Position numbers and translations under genes: made by a program | NCBI GenBank assembly: GCA_024672315.1 | Contig: GCA_024672315.1_4714.1 | Length of the DNA stretch: 64,000 nucleotides | Reading direction: 5' to 3' (one strand) | From: a phage | In this document: positions 1-8,689 of the stretch, piece after piece | Numbering within the stretch: the first letter of the stretch is position 1 | Layout of the letters: each line of letters begins with the position of its first letter | Notes under the pieces: model-generated | Told to the model about the DNA's origin: nothing | The model's database searches: none | What the model saw: the letters and a program-made list of their open reading frames with translations, nothing else

Positions 1-325
1 GAGTCAGCAATGCTTCGGAGGGCAGACCCAGAGCAATCGATGCGGATTCTTGCATATTACGAACTAATGCAACGTCACTGTAGTTAGCCGATTCGATAGT
101 CGGAGCAACATCAAAACTGATTTCCCGCAGTGCAGCAACAGCAGGGAAAGCACGATCAAGTGCATCTTCATGTTCGTCGATTGTCGCTAAACGTAATTCA
201 ACGCCATCAGCATCGATGACTTCAGCGGTCGGCTCCACAGCAAGCGCCTCAGCAACAATAGGATCTTTTTCAAACGCCTCAAGGCTGATATCGCCTTGGG
301 TCGCAAATAGCGGTATGTGTACCAT
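1..325 (-). CDS. hypothetical protein, N-terminal part only (gene runs off the left edge of the window)
   Basis: Minus-strand frame opening with ATG at ~323-325 (MVHIPLFATQGDISLEAFEKDPIVAEALAVEP...) with a GGAGA Shine-Dalgarno-like sequence about 7 nt upstream; absent from the ORF track because no stop lies in the window. Confidence 0.55.
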   Translation of the reverse strand, partial: MVHIPLFATQGDISLEAFEKDPIVAEALAVEPTAEVIDADGVELRLATIDEHEDALDRAFPAVAALREISFDVAPTIESANYSDVALVRNMQESASIALGLPSEALLT

Positions 326-365
326 GTGTTGTCTCCAGTAATGATTCAAAAGATAAACCTGAGCG

Positions 366-411
366 GCATAGAACCCTCTCCCAACCCGTCAGGGAAGGGA
401 GAGGGAATATG
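366..411. promoter_or_regulatory. conserved GC-rich intergenic stem-loop, family copy 1
   Basis: gcatagaa CCCTCTCCC aacccgtcagggaa GGGAGAGGG aatatg; 9-bp perfect stem; between two minus-strand genes; no U-tract on either strand. Confidence 0.8.
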
Positions 412-427
412 TCAGTTTATTAACTGA

Positions 428-1750
428 TTACTGCTGTGCTGCGTCAGCCGGTTTCTCAGCCGCTTGGCCGCCGTACTCTTTCAGCATTTTAGCAACGCCA
501 TCCAGGACAGCGTTACCTGCCTGAACACCGTATTTCATCAGACCAGTCTGCGGGTTCACGTAGCAGGAACGTGCGTCTTTCAGTGCAGACAGTACAGCTT
601 GAACACGCTGTTTTTCCTGAGCGGAAACTTCGCCTTTCTTAGACAGATCGGCTTCCATATCGTCACCGAATTTAACAGCGTCTTTGAAGCCCTGGGATTT
701 CTTACCGATGTTGCCTTTCAGCGCCAGCAGTTTGTCAGCCAGTACTTCAACACCGCTAACCGCACCAGCCAGCTGGTTCAGGGACAGGACGGTAGCTTCA
801 ACTTCTTTTGCTTCGCCGGAGCGTTCCCAGGTTACTTTACCATCATTGGCTTTGAAACCCCAACCTGCCGGGCCAGCAACGTCAGCAATCGCCGGAGCGT
901 TCAGTTTATCAGTGTATTCGGTGTGGGACTTAGATTTGACTAACTCAACGAATTTATCAGCACGATCGTCAGCAGCCTTCATTGCTTTCTCGAAGGTGTC
1001 AGCGATTTTGGTCGCGCCGGTAACCAGATCGTCGCCACCGATGTAGCCAGAAACGCCGCTACCCAGTTTAACTTTGGTATTTTTAGCAGCGCCTTTACGC
1101 TTGGCGATCATTTCTTTCAGTTTAGCAGCACGTGCTTTCAGTTTGGTTGCGCCGTCGAAGATACGATCCATGAACTTCACGAAGGTTTCCCAGGAAGTTT
1201 TCAGGAAGTTCTTGATGGTTGCCCACAGTTTCTGCCACCATTTTTGTTCTTCCAGGAAGATCATGTTGGTTGCATCGTAACGGGAAGCGGAACCACCGAA
1301 GCTTTCGAAGGACGGCATGGTTTCCGGCATTTTGAAACCGATAGTACCACACAGACGTTTCAGATTACGCATGTGTTCCTGAGCGGTTTGTGCAGACATA
1401 CCACCGTCTTTCAGGTAGCTTTCGGTTGCAACAACGGTTTCCGTCAGTTCATCCATGGCTTCGTCCATGGCTTCTGCGGTTTCGTCGTCTTTTGCAATTT
1501 CGATAACAACAGCATCAACCTGCTCGATATCACCACGAACTTCGATAGCCAGTTCGGTTTCAGCTGCGGTATCTTCAGCGATTTCAGCACGTTCGGTCAG
1601 TTCAGCTACAGCGTTTTCATCCGCTGCTGCAGCATCAGCTGCCGGTTCTGCTTCAACGGTTGCCGCTGCATCCGGATCGATCTCAGCAGCCAGTTGAACC
1701 AGCTGTGCGTTAGATGGATTTGCGACAAGACGATCAAAAATAGAAGGCAT
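428..1750 (-). CDS. hypothetical protein, strongly acidic Ala/Glu/Asp-rich (possible virion-internal or scaffold-like protein)
   Basis: 440-aa ORF; ATG with AAGGAA RBS; acidic low-complexity N-terminal half and Lys-rich helical-looking C-terminal half; plus-strand ORFs 464..1771 are antisense shadows. Confidence 0.8.
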   Translation of the reverse strand: MPSIFDRLVANPSNAQLVQLAAEIDPDAAATVEAEPAADAAAADENAVAELTERAEIAEDTAAETELAIEVRGDIEQVDAVVIEIAKDDETAEAMDEAMDELTETVVATESYLKDGGMSAQTAQEHMRNLKRLCGTIGFKMPETMPSFESFGGSASRYDATNMIFLEEQKWWQKLWATIKNFLKTSWETFVKFMDRIFDGATKLKARAAKLKEMIAKRKGAAKNTKVKLGSGVSGYIGGDDLVTGATKIADTFEKAMKAADDRADKFVELVKSKSHTEYTDKLNAPAIADVAGPAGWGFKANDGKVTWERSGEAKEVEATVLSLNQLAGAVSGVEVLADKLLALKGNIGKKSQGFKDAVKFGDDMEADLSKKGEVSAQEKQRVQAVLSALKDARSCYVNPQTGLMKYGVQAGNAVLDGVAKMLKEYGGQAAEKPADAAQQ

Positions 1751-1814
1751 AATTTGTTTCCTTTACAATAAATTACACATTAGCTAATGTGGCTTAAGTG
1801 AACCGTCAGCTCAC

Positions 1815-2345
1815 TTAAAAGCCCTTAAAACCCGGTGCCATAGGTTGCCCAAACACCGCATTCAAAGTACATATGATGTCCTGGATGCCATTGTCCCAAT
1901 GGAGCCAAGTACGCACCATCTCTTCGTCTGACAACGTGATATAACTCATAAGTTTACCGCTGCTTTCCAGACGTTGGTGTGAACTTAGCGACTGGCGATC
2001 TGACCAGTTATCAATCAATTGACCAGCAATCTGAACGTTCGTGTCTCGTCTACCCGTGTGAATGAACCGCAGCATGTCACGGATAAACTCCAGACTGGTG
2101 AAGTTCAGATTTGGGTTATGGCTGTTCATTTCCACCCAATCGGTGATGGGGTACATCAAACGATAAAGGGTAGAAAGAACCTGACGCTCATATTTCCAGT
2201 CATCGAGAGGAGTACCATCGACCAGACGCTGATACAAACTAACAACGTCCCGATCGTAGTTCTCCTGGCGTTTTACACCGTTAACCGGGAATCCGAAGAA
2301 CCCGGTACCGTATAGCGTTAAAGGGACGTCACGAAGTGCACTCAT
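1815..2345 (-). CDS. hypothetical protein
   Basis: 176-aa ORF; its ATG overlaps the stop of the upstream gene (ATGA at 2342-2345). Confidence 0.75.
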   Translation of the reverse strand: MSALRDVPLTLYGTGFFGFPVNGVKRQENYDRDVVSLYQRLVDGTPLDDWKYERQVLSTLYRLMYPITDWVEMNSHNPNLNFTSLEFIRDMLRFIHTGRRDTNVQIAGQLIDNWSDRQSLSSHQRLESSGKLMSYITLSDEEMVRTWLHWDNGIQDIICTLNAVFGQPMAPGFKGF

Positions 2346-3244
2346 ACAGCCGCCTCTTCTTTTCGTTTAATATCGTAACGAAGTTTCTTCAGTCGCTCTT
2401 CGTGATATTCGATCTGCTGCTGGATTTTTGGATCGTTGCCCGCATTCTGTTGCTTTTGCTTCAGCGACAAAATCCAATACTCCAACGCTTGGGCTTCTTC
2501 TTTGGCCGCTTGTAACGACGCTTCTTCACGTTCACTGCGCCAGATGCGATAACGATAAATAAGCGTGTTGGTCATTTGAGTGTCGGACCATGAGCCCATA
2601 CGCATCGGGTCAGTATTACCCGCGTTGTATAAGCCATTACCAACACCGTCTTCATCAGAAACCACAACATCCGGGATTTTATCCAACCCAGCAAGAATCT
2701 GTTGTTTCTGTCCACACAGCACCTCGGTGGCGATGGCGAAACCGTACATGTTGGCGGTCAGGTAAGCAATCTCGTTTTTGGTGAAGAACTCACCAAGTGC
2801 TTTATCACCACCCGGCATGCTTTCGCAGATGACCGTTGCACGAAGTAGCGTACGAGCGTAGCTAACGTAGAAGCCCAGGGATTCAACAAGACGTACCAGA
2901 GCGGCTTCTTTGAAACTTAGGCCGTCAGCAGCAACATCGATTTCCAGGTTTTTGTTAACACGTTTAACAATTTCTGGAATCAGGTCAACAGCATTGCGTA
3001 GCGCTAAGTGAACGTTTTCTACCCAGCTTCCAGAGCGAACGCGGGTTAAACGCTGGTGCAGATCCTTATCAGCAAGTTTCCATAAGGCGCTTTCTCCCTT
3101 TTGGAGAAGCGAAGCGGATGTCTCGTAGTAAGGAATCGCGGTGTTGTTGATTTCGTCACGGATTGATTCGAGTGCGTCAGCAACACCGGTGCGTTTAAAA
3201 AGCGGCTTCAAACCGCGAATGAATTCTTTAAAATCGATTGCCAT
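2342..3244 (-). CDS. hypothetical protein
   Basis: 300-aa ORF with AGGTG RBS-like sequence upstream of ATG. Confidence 0.8.
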   Translation of the reverse strand: MAIDFKEFIRGLKPLFKRTGVADALESIRDEINNTAIPYYETSASLLQKGESALWKLADKDLHQRLTRVRSGSWVENVHLALRNAVDLIPEIVKRVNKNLEIDVAADGLSFKEAALVRLVESLGFYVSYARTLLRATVICESMPGGDKALGEFFTKNEIAYLTANMYGFAIATEVLCGQKQQILAGLDKIPDVVVSDEDGVGNGLYNAGNTDPMRMGSWSDTQMTNTLIYRYRIWRSEREEASLQAAKEEAQALEYWILSLKQKQQNAGNDPKIQQQIEYHEERLKKLRYDIKRKEEAAV

Positions 3245-3283
3245 GAGTGAGCACCTATGCTATTTCGAAACAGGTTGCATGTA

Positions 3284-4390
3284 TTAACGAATCTGTGGGA
3301 CGTTTCCGGTACGGAGCGCCTGGAGGATCGTCAGAAGATCGGAACCCGAGGTTGACGAACTGTTGGATTTTTCCAGTTGCTTGAAGCTTACGGTGGTCCC
3401 TTGATCCAAGCTGTGGAAATAGAAGGTCACCATCTCTTCAGCTTCGTCGATGATGATCAACTGCATTGCGAGGGCTTCAGCCATGACTTTCTGACGTGTG
3501 GTATAGTCAGATAAACGACGTCCGATCTTACGCTCGATGGCTTCCTGGTTAGCCTTAGAGATGATATAGGTGGAGGCAATGGCTCCAGAAGAAGGGATCT
3601 TTGTGCTCGCTGCAGCTTTTGCGGCATTGATGCGCGCAGCATTAACAGCCTTACGGATACCCTCTTTATCCATGCGTGAGATTCGTTTGTGTTCACGAAC
3701 CAGATCGCTAAGCAGGATCATATCGCTCCAGAAAGACAGCTCACCTGCCATCATGCGATGCCAACGTGCTCGCCAGGTGTTCTGTGGGCCGCCAATCGCT
3801 AAAATCGACGCAAGCACTTCCGCTGGAGAGCTTGCGATACGCATGCTGATATTCAGCGGCATTTTCATCGTTGCTTGACCATCGGTCAGCGTCACGGTTA
3901 AGAACTTGCCGGTGACCGCGTTCGCATCTTTGTTCAGCAATTCGATCGCTGCGTCGCTGGCTCCAACATCGATGCTATTTTTTTGTTTCCCCTGCAGGTT
4001 GAATCCTTTGTCATCAAGGAAAACAAGGCTTTTGCTATCCGCACTTTCCAGCGCTAATTTAACAGCCTTATCCGTCAGGTTAGCGTTACGGTTTGGATTC
4101 ACACGACCCAGCGTTTTATCGACACTGATATTACCCACCTGCATGATGGTATTCAACGCCAGTAAATAGAACCCGGTATACATGTTTTCAGCGGTGCGCA
4201 TGCAGTTGCCTAACGCATTGCGTGCGTCGCTATAATACAACTCACGTTCGAAGATCAACGGCGCGATAACGCGTGAAGGTTGTGAGAGTTCAACCAGCGA
4301 ACCTGGCTGGATAAGTTTATTAACTTCGTAGACTTTAGCGATACCGGACGCAACAACGTTAACAGCGTCGGCAATTTCTGATGCTACCAT
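3284..4390 (-). CDS. hypothetical protein
   Basis: 368-aa ORF, first gene of a minus-strand block; divergent from the plus-strand gene starting at 4425. Confidence 0.8.
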   Translation of the reverse strand: MVASEIADAVNVVASGIAKVYEVNKLIQPGSLVELSQPSRVIAPLIFERELYYSDARNALGNCMRTAENMYTGFYLLALNTIMQVGNISVDKTLGRVNPNRNANLTDKAVKLALESADSKSLVFLDDKGFNLQGKQKNSIDVGASDAAIELLNKDANAVTGKFLTVTLTDGQATMKMPLNISMRIASSPAEVLASILAIGGPQNTWRARWHRMMAGELSFWSDMILLSDLVREHKRISRMDKEGIRKAVNAARINAAKAAASTKIPSSGAIASTYIISKANQEAIERKIGRRLSDYTTRQKVMAEALAMQLIIIDEAEEMVTFYFHSLDQGTTVSFKQLEKSNSSSTSGSDLLTILQALRTGNVPQIR

Positions 4391-4424
4391 ATTGAAATCC
4401 TTATTTACAAATAAAGGAAAGAAA

Positions 4425-5630
4425 ATGTCTAATTACTACGACCAAGCTATTCAAACCATTCAGGAGAATAATGCGTCGTTAACACCCGAAGCTGTGGAGG
4501 CAGCGGGCAATGCGGTGTTATTCACTGATTCGGATTGGGCAATAGCGCGGAAGAATATTCGTACCAGTGTCGGTCAAGGGACATACGAGGACAGTATCGC
4601 CAGACGGTATCGGAATGTGTCACCTATTCCGGGTAACAGTCCGATTCCGATTAACCGCGATCATGCCGGTATTACCTTCTTCACACGACCTAATTTACAT
4701 CTTACCGACGCGAACTTAAAACGAGATCGACGTTTGTGGTCGTTACGTACGGATAATCCTAACAGTATTCAGGCTGTTGTCCGTGACTACTTGGACCCTG
4801 TGGGTGCCAGAAAGCGGAACCATCGAGGACGTGCCATCGTCGATGAGCGCAATCCATTCATAAGTATACTGACGGACAACCTAACGGATATCAGCGGTTT
4901 CAATGACATGGAAATGCAGGTTTACCAGGGTAAACCGGGATTACGTCAAGAAACCGTTGTGATGGCTGACGGTTCGGTGGATATGTTTCAACCCTATAAC
5001 CTGAACGCGACATTCAAGAACATCATGGGTAACCCTATCATGTTCCTTCATTATATTTGGTTGATTTACATCGCAGGCGTGCATAATGGTGAACTGACGC
5101 CAAGCCCTCAGGCCATCATCGACAATGAAATGGATTATTGGACAAGATGTTATCGCATCATCCTGGATCCAACTGGGATGTATGTTCGTTATATCTTCGC
5201 ACCGACCGCGATGTTTCCCGTCGGGTTACCGATCGGTAATATGGCTAACTACAGCATCGATAAACCCTTCACGCAGGATAACGAACGTATCACTATCCCA
5301 TACCAAGCGGTTGGTAACAACGCATTCGATGAAATTCTGAAGGATGAATTCAATCGCCTTGTCCTGATGTTCTATTACGGTGAGAACGATACCCGTACGT
5401 TCCTTGAAGATGAGGAGTTGGTACCTATCTCACCCTACGAGCGTCGAATCATGTCGTATCGTGTCGATATGTATCCATTTATTCATCCGTTGACCTCAGA
5501 GCTTCTTTGGTTCGTACCCGCTGATGATTACAACGAATTCTATCTGGATCTTGAACCATCGGCGTTACCACCGGATACGTTCAGTCGCGATCTTGTCCGA
5601 ACCACCATTCCGCAAAATTACGAGGGATAA
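4425..5630 (+). CDS. hypothetical protein
   Basis: ORF track starts at TTG 4392; I prefer the first ATG (residue 12, MSNYYDQAIQ...) which has an AAGGAAAG RBS; only ~34 bp separates it from the divergent gene 3284..4390. Confidence 0.75.
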   Translation: MSNYYDQAIQTIQENNASLTPEAVEAAGNAVLFTDSDWAIARKNIRTSVGQGTYEDSIARRYRNVSPIPGNSPIPINRDHAGITFFTRPNLHLTDANLKRDRRLWSLRTDNPNSIQAVVRDYLDPVGARKRNHRGRAIVDERNPFISILTDNLTDISGFNDMEMQVYQGKPGLRQETVVMADGSVDMFQPYNLNATFKNIMGNPIMFLHYIWLIYIAGVHNGELTPSPQAIIDNEMDYWTRCYRIILDPTGMYVRYIFAPTAMFPVGLPIGNMANYSIDKPFTQDNERITIPYQAVGNNAFDEILKDEFNRLVLMFYYGENDTRTFLEDEELVPISPYERRIMSYRVDMYPFIHPLTSELLWFVPADDYNEFYLDLEPSALPPDTFSRDLVRTTIPQNYEG

Positions 5631-5633
5631 TAA

Positions 5634-8627
5634 ATGAGCGTAACCAACAAAGATCTTGCTGAACAGCTCAATCGCTATATGCTTTCACCTATTGAAATGC
5701 AGGCTGTTGCAAGCGATATGATCCGTTTGGCCTCTGATGGCGAGTTAACCCTGGTTGACCCCAGCTGTCCGTTTGTTTATCTGCTGGAGGTTGCAACGGC
5801 AACGGCTGCGAACCAGAACGCACGAGATGAGTCCCGTGTTCGCGAACTGTATCCGAAGCTTGCAACCAACTGGAGCCAGCTCTATCGTTGGATGTATGAT
5901 GAGTCGTACGTCGGACGTTTCGCAATGCCAGGTAAAACGGAAATCATTTATTCGTTAGGGTATCAGGAAATCCTCGATCGCGCTGTAGAAATTCCAAACA
6001 CCGCCACCTCCGATGATTTAAGCCGTTCTTACAGCCGTAAGTTAGTGATACCGCGTACGACGGCGTTTACGGTGGCCGGAATGGATTTCGGGTTGCATTA
6101 TCCCATCGAAATCCAGGTGCAAGCGCACGACCAGATCCGTGTCGTTTATAACACTGATAACATCAGCCCGCTGCAAACCTTGGAGAGTAACCAAGTTGAG
6201 TACGGGGTTGTTCGTGTAAAAGCGGGTAAAGTGTTGGTGATGCGTATCCCGCTGTTCCAGTTTAAAACGCTGGTAAAAGATGTGCCGTTTAACAGCGTTC
6301 ACGGGATGAACAGCAGCATTACCTTCGAAGATCAGTTTTACCATTGTCGTGCGTATATGTCGTCGGATAATGATACCTGGACGGAGATAGCGACAACACA
6401 CAGTCAGCAGATCTACGATCCGTTAACACCAACCATCGCGTTACAAGTGGAAGGGAACAAACTGAACTGGCGTGTTCCTGAAATTTATTTGTCTCAAGGC
6501 ACGATGGATAAAAGCACCATTCGGCTTGAGGTGTTGACGACGAAAGGGAAAATCAGTGTCGACCCGTCTGATTACGACGTGACCGATTGGAAAGATAACT
6601 ACATCGATTTGTCGCCAAAAGCCGAACAGAAATACAGTGCGCCGCTAAGCGCGTTCAACATTAAAGGGATTTATAGCGAAGGGGCATTGTCGGGTGGACG
6701 ATCTGCGTTAACGTTCGAGGAACAACGTGAACGCGTTATGGCAGGCGTGAACAAAACCAAGGTGCCAATCACAGGAACGCAGGTAGAGCTGGTACTTCAA
6801 GATGCGGGTTACGGGATGGTGACCACTATCGACAACGTAACCAATCGTTCGTTCCTGGCAACCCGAGATTTACCGCAATTGAGCGACAGCGTGCCGCAAG
6901 CCGGTTCGTTGATGGGGTCTTTCTATACGTCAGCCGCAGCATTGGTGAAAAGTAAGTTTGTCGCTGATAACGGTGATCGTATTACGATTAAACCGGATTG
7001 CTTGTATCGTGACAGTAACGGAAGCATCGCGCTGTTGTCAGACGATGAAATTGACCGTATTAATGCAGGCAACTCCGATGCGAAGTTGAACGCGGTAAAC
7101 AACGCCATGTTGTTTTACAGTCCGTTTCATTACGTATTAGACGCAACAAGCGATTTCGACATCCATGCTTATTACCTGGATGCCCCTAAGATCGGCACAC
7201 AAGCATTCCTCGACGCGAACGAGACAATCCCGTTAACCGCTATGGTGACCGGATACCGTCTGGATCGTATCGCTGAAGGATATCGTCTAAGCCTCATTGT
7301 AGAAGGTAACGACGCATGGAAGGCGCTCGACGATAAAAACGTGCATATCCAGCTGGGGTTCAATCCGCGGGGTGAGGGTGATTATGCGACGATGTTAGCA
7401 TCACCGACAACCGATGAACAAGGTCGTCGTTTGTTCACCTTCGATATCACCACGAATTATGATTTTACGCGAATCCTGGCCGATGATTCCACGGCGTATG
7501 AACCATATATCGCATTGACTTCGTTCTCGATGTATGAATCAACACCGCGGGATTATTGGGCATCGCTGCAGCAGTATTTGGAAATCTTCCATGTGGTGAC
7601 GGATTACGCACCGGAAGATGTCGACGGTATTTTACACAGTGCTTCCGATAATTACCTGGTTAAGAAACTCACGCTTCAAAATGGGTATTGTTTCTACCGT
7701 GAACGTCTCACCGCAACCTTTGGTTATGATCTGGACGGTCTTTGGATGCGCTCTCGTACGGTGGCCTCGGAGATTACGTATAAACGTTATACCGAGAACA
7801 TCCCGTGGGTGTATGATGAAGATATTCCAGCGACGGATGAGACCGGTTCGGTTATCATCGAGCAAGGTGATGATGGTACGTTGTCGGTTAAATATCTACA
7901 TCGTAAAGGTGACCCGAAATTAAACAGTGATGGAAGCCAAGCCTATCGTTATCTGAAAGGCGACATCATGAAAGATAATTACGGTAATCCGATCCCTGTC
8001 GATGAACGTGAAGTTCTGCGTAACCTGGACATGTTCTTTATTGATGCGTCGTATCTGCTAGCGAACGATACGGACGTGATTGACTATCGTAACACGATTC
8101 CTACTCAGCTTATTGAGTGGATTCAGAACGATATCAGCACGTTCAGGAATTTCTGTTATGAGGAAACAGAGATTTCACTGTATCCTAAGCAATCGCTGGG
8201 GTATGTGGATGTGATTGTGGAAAACGGATTGGAAACAACGCTTCCTGCTGCCTTATCGTTCAACGTGACGCTTTACTTACCAGCTAAGCAATACGCGGAT
8301 TTGGATCTACGTCAAGTCCTTCAAGCGATGGTATCGAAAGTCATCAACGAATGCTTAACGTCCCGTACGGTGGCTAAAGCAGAAATGATCGCGATGATTC
8401 GTGATGAGGGTGGTGATGACATCCTGAACGTTGAAATCGATGATTTTGGACCAGGTAAGAACCTCAGTGTTTATACCGCGAAGAACGATGGTGTTCGTTG
8501 TGCGGTGAAGAAAGAGCTTTATGTTAAAGCGGATGGTATCTTGTCCGTACGTGAAGCGATCGATGTAAGTTTTGTGAAACATGCACAAAGCAACAGTTCA
8601 GCGCTAGCGCAAGGCCTTCGTGTCTAA
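5634..8627 (+). CDS. hypothetical large protein (997 aa), probably structural
   Basis: Long ORF starting 4 nt after the previous stop with GAGGGA RBS; no catalytic motif recognised. Confidence 0.85.
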   Translation: MSVTNKDLAEQLNRYMLSPIEMQAVASDMIRLASDGELTLVDPSCPFVYLLEVATATAANQNARDESRVRELYPKLATNWSQLYRWMYDESYVGRFAMPGKTEIIYSLGYQEILDRAVEIPNTATSDDLSRSYSRKLVIPRTTAFTVAGMDFGLHYPIEIQVQAHDQIRVVYNTDNISPLQTLESNQVEYGVVRVKAGKVLVMRIPLFQFKTLVKDVPFNSVHGMNSSITFEDQFYHCRAYMSSDNDTWTEIATTHSQQIYDPLTPTIALQVEGNKLNWRVPEIYLSQGTMDKSTIRLEVLTTKGKISVDPSDYDVTDWKDNYIDLSPKAEQKYSAPLSAFNIKGIYSEGALSGGRSALTFEEQRERVMAGVNKTKVPITGTQVELVLQDAGYGMVTTIDNVTNRSFLATRDLPQLSDSVPQAGSLMGSFYTSAAALVKSKFVADNGDRITIKPDCLYRDSNGSIALLSDDEIDRINAGNSDAKLNAVNNAMLFYSPFHYVLDATSDFDIHAYYLDAPKIGTQAFLDANETIPLTAMVTGYRLDRIAEGYRLSLIVEGNDAWKALDDKNVHIQLGFNPRGEGDYATMLASPTTDEQGRRLFTFDITTNYDFTRILADDSTAYEPYIALTSFSMYESTPRDYWASLQQYLEIFHVVTDYAPEDVDGILHSASDNYLVKKLTLQNGYCFYRERLTATFGYDLDGLWMRSRTVASEITYKRYTENIPWVYDEDIPATDETGSVIIEQGDDGTLSVKYLHRKGDPKLNSDGSQAYRYLKGDIMKDNYGNPIPVDEREVLRNLDMFFIDASYLLANDTDVIDYRNTIPTQLIEWIQNDISTFRNFCYEETEISLYPKQSLGYVDVIVENGLETTLPAALSFNVTLYLPAKQYADLDLRQVLQAMVSKVINECLTSRTVAKAEMIAMIRDEGGDDILNVEIDDFGPGKNLSVYTAKNDGVRCAVKKELYVKADGILSVREAIDVSFVKHAQSNSSALAQGLRV

Positions 8628-8642
8628 AACAAAATAGCATGA

Positions 8643-8687
8643 GCATAACCCTCCTCCAACCCAACAGGGAAGGAGGAGGGAATATGC
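8643..8687. promoter_or_regulatory. conserved GC-rich intergenic stem-loop, family copy 2
   Basis: gcataa CCCTCCTCC aacccaacagggaa GGAGGAGGG aatatgc; between convergent genes 5634..8627 (+) and 8690..11476 (-). Confidence 0.8.
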
Positions 8688-8689
8688 TG

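Noticed and set aside
464-1771. Plus-strand ORFs (159, 120, 68, 175, 80 aa) overlapping 428..1750
   Set aside because: Antisense shadows of the 440-aa minus-strand gene; low-complexity translations (Ser/Ala runs), no RBS context, and they would interrupt a co-directional block
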